Of a stretch of 64,000 bases of DNA, positions 34,901 to 43,500 are shown piece by piece (positions within the stretch are counted from its first letter, which is position 1; every line of letters begins with the position of its first letter). This DNA comes from Thalia democratica (lineage: Eukaryota). The translations under genes and the position numbers were made by a program. Below the pieces are notes generated by a model that did not search any database, was not told where the DNA came from, and saw only the letters and a program-made list of their open reading frames with translations. The stretch spans positions 50,716,001-50,780,000 of the forward strand of contig OZ241826.1 in the NCBI GenBank assembly GCA_965202585.1, in the 5' to 3' direction.

Positions 34901-35732
34901 CAAATGGAAACTGTTGCTGTACTATTTAGGCTTCCGTTCACATATCCTGAATAAAAGCAATGCTTTGGCGAGCTATCTTCCTTTTTGCTTTCATTGTCTT
35001 GCTTTCCAATTACTTCCAACGTATAATGTGGTGAAATAAAATCGAGGTAAGGTGTTAGGTGAAGATTGAAGGTCTGACCGAAAGCTTGCAGCGTGTAGTT
35101 GGCAAACTTGAACTCTTCATCTTCGTGCACGTGATGCAAGCTTCTTCTCCTTCTGCGACGCGATCTTTTTTTCCGCGTACGCTTGTCGTCTCGTATGGGG
35201 CTAGACTTGTTTCGAGATCGAAAGTGTTTCACGATTGGTTTTTTTGAATGTGATATCCGTAATGGTATCGATTCATCGTGGTCTTCAAACCCCTCTAAAA
35301 AGTCTGTAACAAAAGTATTAACTTAAAATAACATTATATATAATGTCTTTCTTTATTTTGGTTTTTTACAAAAAGTATACATTTTTCTTCGAAATGTTTT
35401 TTGTGACAATAGTTACATAAAAATAAATTATATAACATCGTTGTTCACATAGTTTAATTGATGTTTATATAATATTAGTCATTTAGACTATTTAAAAAAA
35501 AGATTTATCTTTATTTGTATCAAAAAATTATAAACTAAAGACAACCTGAAAGTTGTTTCGTATGAATTGAACCCGAAGCCTGGATTTTTGCAAATGATGC
35601 AGATATAAAAGTAATCAAAACTATCAAAGAAAATAGTGAAGTTCGACTCTTAGACCTTCGAAGTTGCTTGCAGCAGCAATTTTTTGTTGTATATTTGTGT
35701 TGGTCGTCATTGGTCAGGCAAGGAGGCATCAT
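7837..35732 (-). CDS. ADAMTS9: ADAMTS9/ADAMTS20-like (GON-1 type) metalloprotease with thrombospondin motifs; 39 coding exons, 1971 aa
   Basis: Manual splice model complement(join(7837..7962,8038..8142,9079..9167,9236..9378,9905..9993,10206..10451,11863..12045,12260..12430,13417..13590,13822..13995,14385..14564,15233..15382,15463..15495,15588..15752,15866..16048,16316..16383,16489..16675,16910..17059,17838..18011,18351..18552,18900..19006,19065..19196,19259..19452,19628..19844,20811..20954,21013..21153,21483..21546,21810..21958,22784..22900,23294..23453,24145..24285,25964..26069,26226..26278,27357..27478,28515..28598,31151..31368,33869..34043,34891..35303,35546..35732)). All introns GT-AG, phases match, no internal stop. 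HExGHxxGxxHD zinc motif, 15 TSRs and a GON domain define the ADAMTS9/20/gon-1 subfamily. The symbol denotes the subfamily; 1:1 orthology is not tested. Confidence 0.93.
8038..8142 (-). CDS. ADAMTS9: ADAMTS exon 38: GON domain
   Basis: GRFSISLEGTGFTISERTSWNKNGVSSSQLISRYK. Confidence 0.94.
9079..9167 (-). CDS. ADAMTS9: ADAMTS exon 37: GON domain
   Basis: DDFTFASSHGKNIGFGVAGDCYSSSNCPQ. Confidence 0.94.
9236..9378 (-). CDS. ADAMTS9: ADAMTS exon 36: GON domain
   Basis: LTQDRPDCPASG...AGLTRFQKVRFLIKQNIVK(I). Confidence 0.9.
9905..9993 (-). CDS. ADAMTS9: ADAMTS exon 35: GON domain
   Basis: IYCHQMLTDVPEEFITLKSTENYSKFYAY(S). Confidence 0.93.
10206..10451 (-). CDS. ADAMTS9: ADAMTS exon 34: last TSR and start of GON domain
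   Basis: CSKSCGMGASRRQVVC...PCRPKSCLELKQ...DGHYMLQIGTDMAQ. Confidence 0.94.
11863..12045 (-). CDS. ADAMTS9: ADAMTS exon 33: TSR
   Basis: CTLACGEGRQLRDTWC...LWKTGDWGQ. Confidence 0.94.
12260..12430 (-). CDS. ADAMTS9: ADAMTS exon 32: TSR
   Basis: CSKSCGAGVSSRRTRC...CHATWKKGAWTE. Confidence 0.94.
13417..13590 (-). CDS. ADAMTS9: ADAMTS exon 31: TSR
   Basis: CPSSCDHAVQKRAVSC...RWNLSNWTD. Confidence 0.93.
13822..13995 (-). CDS. ADAMTS9: ADAMTS exon 30: TSR
   Basis: CSKTCGKGQKTRQVYC...CPRWRTGQWSM. Confidence 0.94.
14385..14564 (-). CDS. ADAMTS9: ADAMTS exon 29: TSR
   Basis: CNQTCGGGRKTREVYC...RWRKLPWGL. Confidence 0.94.
15233..15382 (-). CDS. ADAMTS9: ADAMTS exon 28: TSR
   Basis: CSQTCGKGKQYRSVWC...CPKWRTGVWGE. 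Confidence 0.94.
15463..15495 (-). CDS. ADAMTS9: ADAMTS exon 27: 33-nt micro-exon with the WxxxxW start of a TSR
   Basis: ALEWNLGSWGP; TTTTAG acceptor, GTAAGT donor, phase 0/0. Confidence 0.88.
15588..15752 (-). CDS. ADAMTS9: ADAMTS exon 26: TSR
   Basis: CSATCGRDAIKSRAVNC...ICSGLPSCPK. Confidence 0.92.
15866..16048 (-). CDS. ADAMTS9: ADAMTS exon 25: TSR
   Basis: CDCSTGRRRRLVRC...CQPDWCERNIFWSVSDWSQ. Confidence 0.92.
16316..16383 (-). CDS. ADAMTS9: ADAMTS exon 24: linker and TSR start
   Basis: IVRPSINENNRKIQWRTGSWSK. Confidence 0.9.
16489..16675 (-). CDS. ADAMTS9: ADAMTS exon 23: TSR plus linker
   Basis: CSNGCGIGVQAVVAAC...CRGSFECPEINRHSNSPN(I). Confidence 0.92.
16910..17059 (-). CDS. ADAMTS9: ADAMTS exon 22: degenerate TSR
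   Basis: CMCKDHTQTRSKQC...CLNYCWEYIPYDR. Confidence 0.87.
17838..18011 (-). CDS. ADAMTS9: ADAMTS exon 21: TSR
   Basis: CSRTCGTGAYRTRNATC...CVQWIYGVWTP. Confidence 0.93.
18351..18552 (-). CDS. ADAMTS9: ADAMTS exon 20: TSR
   Basis: SKAVPKTKCSSRCGQGTQ...CRGRCLGLQWKYSKWGQ. Confidence 0.9.
18900..19006 (-). CDS. ADAMTS9: ADAMTS exon 19: TSR
   Basis: YVCEFNKVRVVDTKYCSRLQKPESKSQPCNTDCIF(R); follows a 58-nt intron. Confidence 0.9.
19065..19196 (-). CDS. ADAMTS9: ADAMTS exon 18: end of spacer, start of TSR array
   Basis: ILLSGTLTDPNVYWTYFKPVENHYSWSEKWELCDYECHGRKKSY. Confidence 0.9.
19259..19452 (-). CDS. ADAMTS9: ADAMTS exon 17: spacer
   Basis: LYDWNENFLLNGDSSIQ...YSGTASVNEYIRCKGKITKKLLLA. Confidence 0.92.
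19628..19844 (-). CDS. ADAMTS9: ADAMTS exon 16: Cys-rich region / spacer
   Basis: [27 protein letters not shown]...GYKNITVIPEGASELIIRQ...SNFL(V). Confidence 0.95.
20811..20954 (-). CDS. ADAMTS9: ADAMTS exon 15: Cys-rich region
   Basis: ACRLACQ...TDGTPCYKDFDGVCVNGFCE. Confidence 0.93.
21013..21153 (-). CDS. ADAMTS9: ADAMTS exon 14: Cys-rich region
   Basis: QCPDRNHRHNQCETY...WVPYYPSYDQVDDFS. Confidence 0.9.
21483..21546 (-). CDS. ADAMTS9: ADAMTS exon 13: end of TSR1
   Basis: PRHGGDYCSGKRSKHRSCNTH. Confidence 0.94.
21810..21958 (-). CDS. ADAMTS9: ADAMTS exon 12: central TSR1
   Basis: FWCQQGKCV...[30 protein letters not shown](R). Confidence 0.95.
22784..22900 (-). CDS. ADAMTS9: ADAMTS exon 11: disintegrin-like domain
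   Basis: ECGNLWCNVRSTLKPGSWDCKTNYGKWASGTPCNTRNSN. Confidence 0.9.
23294..23453 (-). CDS. ADAMTS9: ADAMTS exon 10: end of catalytic, start of disintegrin-like domain
   Basis: SKRADCLNNKPQ...YDLDQQCQMMYGQDAYTCDKESRNS. Confidence 0.93.
24145..24285 (-). CDS. ADAMTS9: ADAMTS exon 9: third zinc His and Met-turn
   Basis: LGAMHDEDKAHCYYETDHKVMSKTLDENTLPWTWSKCSSRLIGRFL(N). Confidence 0.95.
24595..24810 (-). promoter_or_regulatory. Candidate internal TATA promoter in ADAMTS intron 8
   Basis: In sense order: AGCCAAT (24810-24804), CCAAT (24780-24776), GC box (24708-24716), CTATAAATAG (24630-24621). Confidence 0.45.
25964..26069 (-). CDS. ADAMTS9: ADAMTS exon 8: first half of zinc-binding motif
   Basis: IAKIRGLCNGINSAAIVEDGGLNAAFTIAHEIGH(L). 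Confidence 0.95.
26226..26278 (-). CDS. ADAMTS9: ADAMTS exon 7: catalytic domain
   Basis: KDLCTSGQNNSYNCDTL(G). Confidence 0.92.
27357..27478 (-). CDS. ADAMTS9: ADAMTS exon 6: catalytic domain
   Basis: ENEPFEYPFAETQLQKFRSWQSERNEMSGPEHWDAAIFLT(R). Confidence 0.92.
28515..28598 (-). CDS. ADAMTS9: ADAMTS exon 5: catalytic domain
   Basis: VSSIYRHPSIENLVKIVVVKMMILRTEK. Confidence 0.93.
31151..31368 (-). CDS. ADAMTS9: ADAMTS exon 4: furin site RKKR (31256..31267) and start of catalytic domain
   Basis: ...KERKKRETIEEKTIEVMVTADYHMYLYHTDPQTYVLTLMAI; donor GTTAGT. Confidence 0.93.
33869..34043 (-). CDS. ADAMTS9: ADAMTS exon 3: prodomain, cysteine-switch-like FCG
   Basis: FGAFRSEDSEYLIQPAHDESSHEHSPKKHRVYRR...QFCGTKT(G). 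Confidence 0.92.
34080..34400. promoter_or_regulatory. GC-rich intron-2 island with ETS sites
   Basis: ACCGGAAGTG 34271-34280, CACTTCCG 34378-34385, GTTTCCGG near 34123, CTTTGAT (TCF-like) near 34106. Confidence 0.55.
34891..35303 (-). CDS. ADAMTS9: ADAMTS exon 2: prodomain
   Basis: ...YTLQAFGQTFNLHLTPYLDFISP...CFYSGYVNGSLNSTATVSICNGL; donor GTAAGT. Confidence 0.93.
35546..35732 (-). CDS. ADAMTS9: ADAMTS exon 1: start and hydrophobic signal/anchor
   Basis: MMPPCLTNDDQHKYTTKNCCCKQLRRSKSRTSLFSLIVLITFISASFAKIQASGSIHTKQLS(D). In-frame stop upstream; phase-1 donor GTTGTC matches the phase-1 start of exon 2. Confidence 0.75.
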
Positions 35733-35879
35733 TTGAAAAACAGGTGTATTTTTAGATTGTGATCTATAAACCTTTTTGTATGTGATTTCAACAAATGAGG
35801 TGTTTAGGGATGCTTTTGAGTACAACAATTACGTCGATTGACTTTTTGGGTTTTTGATAACGGTGGCAGTATGTTGTTG
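35733..35879 (-). other. Probable 5' UTR part of the first coding exon, starting at an acceptor (GGTTTTGTTAG at 35880)
   Basis: No ATG between the acceptor and 35732. An upstream non-coding exon or a trans-spliced leader would be needed. Confidence 0.45.
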
Positions 35880-37499
35880 CTAACAAAACCTCAATTGGTT
35901 CTATCAACTTAAACTTTTGTAAAATTATAGAATTCTATTTTTTTTTTAAACAGTTTAAGTATATAAATTAAAAAGGTATGTAGTATAATTTTTAATACTA
36001 AATGTTAAAACATATATTTATGTTTTAACAAAAAATACTTTGAATTATGTACTAGTTGAATCATTTATATATGGTTTATTATATATAAGATGTAACGTTA
36101 TAAGGCGTTAAATCCTGGAGATCCTGATAAGCTAAGCTTATCGAAATGTATACAACAGATGTTCTTGTGCTAAAACTTTATTTCAACTAACGGCGTTTCA
36201 CTGCTCTCAAATAAATTTAAGAACAGATCTACGGAGTCTATAAAATGTTAACACACATTAGAAAAAAAGCAGAAAAAAGCATGTATAATTATGTATAGTA
36301 TTTATCTAGGTAGTAACTATAAATGGACTTTATGGTTTAAAAACAAAGTTTGGGATAAAAGCATATATATACATATTGTTTACTTTATATATTATATATT
36401 TACATACATATATTTTTTTTTATTAAGCAGTGCTTTATTATTAACTTGTGTACCTGTTTTTTTTTTTAATTTTTACTGTACTCTGTAGCGTATAATTTTT
36501 ATTTTGCATTATATTTAGAACTAAAATTGAACTTTATTAATTAAAAACTTTACTTTAATATCAGCTTTCTATTTTTTTTTTATATACATTTACATACATT
36601 ATAATAGTTAATTTGCTTAATACTGTTTTTATTTTTGTAATCTTATTCACAAAAACGGTATTAATTTTGACCGTAAAACAGCTAAAATGGTTAGCGATTT
36701 TATGATATAAATAATTTTTGAAGAACATTTTACACACTTTTCACATGCCTTAATTTAAACTGTTGAATAAGTTTACTAAAAATGCAAAACATTCTAAAAC
36801 ATAATCTCAATAAACACAAAACAAAAGTGTTTTAAGAAATACTCTTCTTAGAATCACCATTTATCACTTTTTAATCAATATATTCAATGAAAACATTAAA
36901 AATTAAAGCATTTCGTGTAGAAAAATTAGTTTGCGTAATTTGCTGCAGACGCTTCGGGCCTATCAAAGTGAATTAGCTACCTTTGTGACATCACGTAAGC
37001 GACAATCAACCGGCGACTGTTTGATTGAATTAGCTTAATTGCGTTTGATTGAGTTTTCACAAGTATCTATTACATGTAATCTAAAACAATTTTGAAAGAA
37101 AATTCTAGCTGTAACACAAAATTATATGTTTTACTTTATTTAAAAGCTGTTCGAGGTAGTTTTTAAACAAAGTGTACTTTAATTATAGTCTTATTGTTTG
37201 ACATTTGTTTCCGAATATAAGTAAATAACATTCTCAAGTATACAACTTCTAAAAATAACAAATTCATCTTTAAACTTATTTAGTGTCTTTAAGTCTTCAC
37301 TAACTTCACTTTACATTAAATTTTAGTGTATCGATAACAAAATATAAAATCTTAAAACTTAAAAAATTGAGGCAAACAACGTATACACCTCATAAACACT
37401 ACTAAACAAGCCACAAAAACATCGACACAAAAAGAGCAGAACGAAACTACCCTATAGCTAAGTAATGCATGCACACGGCTGAAATTTAGTCGTTAAACT

Positions 37500-37860
37500 A
37501 ACGTGTTAACACACTGGCAAACCTGAAAATTACTTTTGGCTGCGGCGCACTTCTTACGAGCCGACCCGTAGTGTTTTTACACAGATTTACCGGCTACTCT
37601 TTTTACTCTTTTACTTTCTCAAATCTCTTCTATTACCTTCCTCTTTTTTTTTTGCCCGGCCGCTCTCTTTTCTCATTAAAAGAAGATCAAAAGTAAGTTT
37701 TCAAACTTATTTCCAGGAACAATTTATCTTGTACTAATTAATGTAAGTTTTTTTTTTGTTTCAGCTATGACTGGAAACCAACCATTTATGTATTGGAACT
37801 AAACTTTTACTCGTAATAATGTCAACTTGAGAAATTTTTGCTTATATAAACGGTATGTTT
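37500..37860 (-). promoter_or_regulatory. Candidate proximal promoter / non-coding first exon of the ADAMTS gene
   Basis: GC-richer, purine-rich-on-minus stretch; possible donor CAG|GTTTGC at 37522; TATATAAG on minus near 37843. Confidence 0.3.
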
Positions 37861-40800
37861 AGCTGATGGTTAGCACGGTTTGCAATAATTGTGATAAAAC
37901 CCTTTTGCTCAAGTTCGTATGTAACGTAATACTATCTGTTTTAAAAAACTACTCACGTGTAACTTGCAGATGGTAAATAAAACTAATTTGTTTGTCATTT
38001 ATTTAGACCTTGATTGTTTCTTAAATTGCAAACTATTTTCATTCCTCCAACTACTTGGTTGTAAAATAAATAAATAAACTTTTTCTAGAGTGTATAGTAC
38101 ACGGTAAGGTTACTTAAAGGTCTAAATGCTAAAAATTTGTTAAACAAAATTTGTTTTTACTCAAAATTAACCTTTTATGAAAACTTAAAAAAATAAATAT
38201 TGTAGTGATGAGTAAGTACCTATTTTTTCTTAACTTGATAATTAGGTTATAATAATTTAAACCTGTTTAACTATTCAATAAATAATTAGCCCGTATACAA
38301 AAATAAGATAATGTAAGAAACAAACTGAAAGTAATTTGCTTAAGGCAATTAAGAGATAGCTTGTGATAACTAATTTTAGCTGAGCAAACGAGATGTTTAT
38401 CGTAACAAATTTGAAAGCTTAAGGTACTTTGGACTTAAACAAAAAAAGTGACGCGGGAAATTAGACAAACCCTATAAAACAAATACATTGCCAACAAAAA
38501 CACAAAAACTTATTAACAAACTCATTAAGACACTTTTTCTTTGTATTGTAGCATTAACTATACGATATTTTACAGTTTTGTGACATTAATTGAAGTATTT
38601 TTGGCGAAAGCCGTGTTTGTTTTGTTAGTTTTAAGTAAATAATTTTCTTTAACTCTCCAAACATTTTGTTTTACTAGAATAGTCTAAAACGATAGGATGT
38701 TGAATTACTTTCTAAAAAAGCATAGCAAATTTTTTCAAGATAAAAATATGAGCTTTTGAAAAGTTTGTTAGATAAAATAGTAATTTTAAAAGTAAGATGA
38801 AAATTATAATATTTAAATGTTTTTTTCCAAATATACGTTGTTTATACTTATTTGAAACGTTAATTTACTCTATAAAAAACTTTGTTTTTAATAAATCAAG
38901 TTCATAAAAAAAAATGATTTATAATTTCATGTTTGAAAATATTGACTTTGTGTTAATATTTTCAACTAAAAATAGTTTTAATTTTTATGAATTTTAAGTA
39001 ACAAGTTGTATCTTTTTAAATTTAGTTTCTAAATAACACTTTTTCACCATTATTTCAATAGTTATACAGTTTTGTTCTTTCAAAAAAATTAGTGTTAATA
39101 TTGTAATAAAAAATTGTTAACGATCAAGAAAAAATACTAAAACGATTTAAGCGAAAGTTTATAATTTTTATTTGTAAAGCCACAATTACTACTTTAAATT
39201 TAAAAACAACTCTTAGTTCTTTAACAAACTATTTTCAATAACAAAAAAATTAATAAATTATTTACCTTTTTAACTGCTAAAATAGTTTTATTTTAGGCTA
39301 CTTGTAAAAGTTCTATTACTTTACTTAGTAGTAATTAGTAGTAAAGTAATGTTAACGCAAATTAAACTATCTAAAAACTGTTTTTTCCAATTCTAAATGT
39401 TTGTTACCATGACAAGACAAATCAATGTTTCATACTTGTTGTTTATTTGTATATTCTTACGTAGCAAGTCGTTAAGTTTGTTTTTATGTAAAACAATCTT
39501 GTTTTTATTCAGTTTTATAAATAAACTAACATGAACAACTTAGTGAGTCTCCATTTTGTAACTTTAGTCGTAAGAAATTTAGTAAAGAGTTTTAAAGCAC
39601 TTTTAGCAGCTGTGTACTTTTAATCGAATAGAAAACTATTTTCTGAATTAAAAGTGTAAGAAAAATTAGATGATCTAAATAACTTAATTTTATTTTATAG
39701 CATTACTCTAAAATAACTTAATTGAAATACCAGCGAGGTTAGTACTAAAATAAAATAAAAAATAAAGTGTATAGTTCTTAAACTAAAGTGGGCTAGGTAT
39801 TACCCATAAATCTTATACTCAAGACTTATTTACAAACTACTAAAAGATTTGACACATAACGGAAATCTCTATTAAGTTTTAATCAATCTTCTAAAAATTC
39901 AATCAATTATTCAAACTAAAAATAGTACAGTGTTGAATTGTTGCAAACTAAACAAACTTTAGATATAAATTATTAACCTTTTTAAAGAAAAGTTAATTCT
40001 TTACTTCGTTTGACTTTCTTTAAAACACTAAATGCTTGCAAAGGTCAACCTAAGACAATAAAAATGTAGATAAAAGTGTACTTCTGAACTAGTTTTCAGT
40101 AAGAAAAGAAGCTAATTTTATGATATTTTTTTAAACAATTAAAACTTGAAAAATGATACCAGATATTTACATTTTATTTTCATTCTTACGAAAACACGGT
40201 GTCCTGCTAAGATTTTAATTTATGAAAACTTTTTTTTCATCTCCTAATACTGGTTTAATATAAGTTATATATTTTTATCGTTTAATCAAAATAAATTAGA
40301 CTGTGGTGTATTTTAATTAAACTTCCTAAGAGTATAAAAAACTACTTAACCATCTTAAATTTAACATTCTCTATTTTTTCCAAGTATCACCCTATAACAA
40401 ATAAATGATCAGTATAAAAAACAATAAAATTTTTGTAATGCATATTTGTACAAAATTTAACTGTCCGACATTAACTTTAAATTATTTTAAGAGCCGTGTT
40501 TAAAAAACTTGCTTTAAATATTTAAGAGTTTACACAGTCGTTTAAGCTTATTTTTATTAACTTAAATTATTATGAGCTGTAAGATAACAACATTACTCTT
40601 TTTTTTTTTGAGTACAGATTATAAAATCGATGAATTTCAGATACAAAACAACATAAAAAATTTCAATCAAAGTATTATAAATAATTAATGGATTACTGTT
40701 TATAGATTGAAAATGTATAGAAAGGTATGCCTATAAAACTTTAGTCTTATTCAAATATAAACTTTACTTTTTCATTTTGTGTACTGTTATAAAAAAGCTT

Positions 40801-43450
40801 TACTTTTACATCTGAGTTGTAATCCATAAAATTTGCATTGTACTCATAAAAGCATTGAGTTTTATGACAAATTGGAACTTTAGTTATTTAAAACTTGGTT
40901 AAAGTTTGTAAAAGTTTTTACTAATGTTTAAGTGCTAAATCCGTAGCCGAAATATTGATTAATATTTTTACTTTAAAACCTAGTTTCATTTAAAACTGTT
41001 AGTTTAATTTTGTAATAGAACTTAAATCATTATATATTTCAACACCAAAAGGTTAAATAGAAAAGCTTTAAAAGAGCCCAGACGTGCTTCTGTACAACAT
41101 AAAAGAAACTAAATTTTTTTATAACATTAGTGCAATTTTTATAATTAAAATTTTCGCTTATATACCTTTTCATTCTAAAATTCTCCACAAATTAAAGTAA
41201 ACTGTGCAGCAAAGTAATTTTTTTTCTTTGTCTTTATAGAACATTTTTGTTATATTGCATTAAAGAAATATGTTCTTAATTAAAAAACTCTAAATTGATT
41301 ATTTGATTTTACATCTATAATTTTAAAGTAGATATTTGATGGAAGCATTGAAAAACGCCTTTAGGCTTCAATTAATTTTTTGTTATAATAGTTAAAACAT
41401 ATACTTTTACTGCTTAAAATTTTGAACAACTTCTTTAAGCTCAAATATTATATAAAAACAAAGTTCAAATTCAAAAGTAAACAGAATTTCTTTAATGTCG
41501 GTTCGCTTTTAGTACGGGACCAACAGTCTTTTGTTTTGTGGCTCAGACAGTTCTTTATGTCTGGCCGTACCAGCACACTAAGAAAATCTACAAGAAACGT
41601 CTAAGTGCTGCAGTCTTCTCACATTAGTCAGAGGTTCAAGTGCCACTGTGCTGCTATTGTAAATAACATTGAAAACTTATTAAAAACAACGCTGCGTGAG
41701 AACATTACAAAAACCAAAGTTTTGTCATTTCGTCTTGTTTGTTCAGCCTATTTGTTCAATCAAAAACTATAAAACGCGCAATGAGCATTACTAAAAAGTG
41801 ATGTCACACGCATGCAAATCAAACACAAGAAAAGACAATAGTAAACAGGAAAACAACATAAAAGGCGTCATTTGAAGTAAATTGGCGATTGAAAAATGAC
41901 AAAAGTTTACTATAATAATTGAAGTTAGTAGTTTTGAGTAAACCTTGACAATTTCACATAGTAAGCGACCAAAAATTTAAAGGTGGGTGGTAGCTAGCTG
42001 CTTTTTAACGACTTAGAACCACTTAATCAGCAAAATTACAATCAGTCAAGTTTATTGTTCTAAACTATTTCAAAGTTCTTAAGCAGGCTTTAAATTCATG
42101 TATACTGTTGCTGAAAGTGTTTTTGATCTATACCAATATACAAAATTTATAGCTTTAAAGTATACTTAAAAATATTTTTAATTTTAGTTAACTTACTTTT
42201 TTAGAACATAACTAAATTAAACTTTTTAAATTTTAATTACATGTTTATAGCTTTATAAAATTTGTAGGAGGTTGAAAAAAAATGTATGTGATGTAAAACA
42301 CTAGTTAAGTAATAAGTAAATACTTAAGAAATTGTTATTTTTTAGTCAAAGTTTAGTAAACAGAATAAAAAACAAACGTTATCTGTCAAAATCATTTAAA
42401 AATTACCTTCGAATATTATGTTATAAAAAATATATAATTGCTAAGCATGGATAAAGAGTTTAGTGCTTACTTATACTTAAGTATTTAAAAAATACCTTAG
42501 TTTTTTTAAGAATATTTTTCTTAAGTAATAGTTAAATGGTTTATAAGTTTTAATTACTTTTAAGTTGTCAACTTTGTAACGGGACCGATAATTTTTGTTA
42601 AATATATATATTAACCAATTATAAATGCTTTGTAAAAACCGTAAAATGATAAATGTAAAACTTATTTTTAAAACTAGGTTGTTATAAAAATCACTTTTTT
42701 TTAACTTCAAAGACTTAACACTTAAATTTTAACTTTTACAACTTTTTCTTTTGTAATAAATTAACCGTAATTAAATTTGTTAGTTATTGTCAAAACTAAA
42801 TAGATATCACTATGTATAAATTTAATTACCTCCTCAAAAAATGTTGATTACTCTAGAAGTCCTGAGTTTTAAATGTTCTGCTTTTACAAATTTTAAAAAC
42901 TCAATTGCCCTTTTAATTAGTCTAATCTCTAAATTTTAAAACTCTAATAACTTTATAAGTGTAAACTGATCATAATTGTAGTTTGTTTATTCAGTTCTCA
43001 TTCAGCCGGCTTTAAAACAATTTTGAAGGGTACTTAACCGCTTTTTAAACCCCAAATATTGTCGTTTGTTATGCTTGTTTACGTCAAAAAACAAACGTTA
43101 AAAATGAGTGGTGGTTAGTTTTAGAGGCAGAAAAATAACTAAGTATGTTTATAAAATTAAATAAAGTTGTGTTTACAGAACACTTTTAGAAAATCAAGGA
43201 ACATAACATTTTACTGCGTAAACTTTATAATTAAATATTTAGTCTTTGTATGTATATTAGTTAAAATTATAATGGGAAAAATTTAAGATAATAAAATTAT
43301 ACTAGAACTATTGATATTCAAGTGCTTTTAAGATTATATATAAATAATTAAGATAATAAAATTTAATGAATCGTAAAAATAATTGTAAACTAATACTTTT
43401 TGAGTATAGTTTTAACAGTTTCGTACCATCATTTTTTTAGTAGTAACAGT

Positions 43451-43500
43451 GCATTAATATGCATTGCATATATGTATACATTGCACATATATGCATTGCG
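43451..43500. repeat. Short imperfect tandem repeat (GCATTGCAYATAT-like)
   Basis: About three degenerate copies. Confidence 0.5.

Noticed and set aside
35828-35879. Extending the ADAMTS N-terminus to the TTG at 35828 or to an upstream coding exon
   Set aside because: Non-ATG start and an in-frame TAA just upstream; first ATG is at 35732
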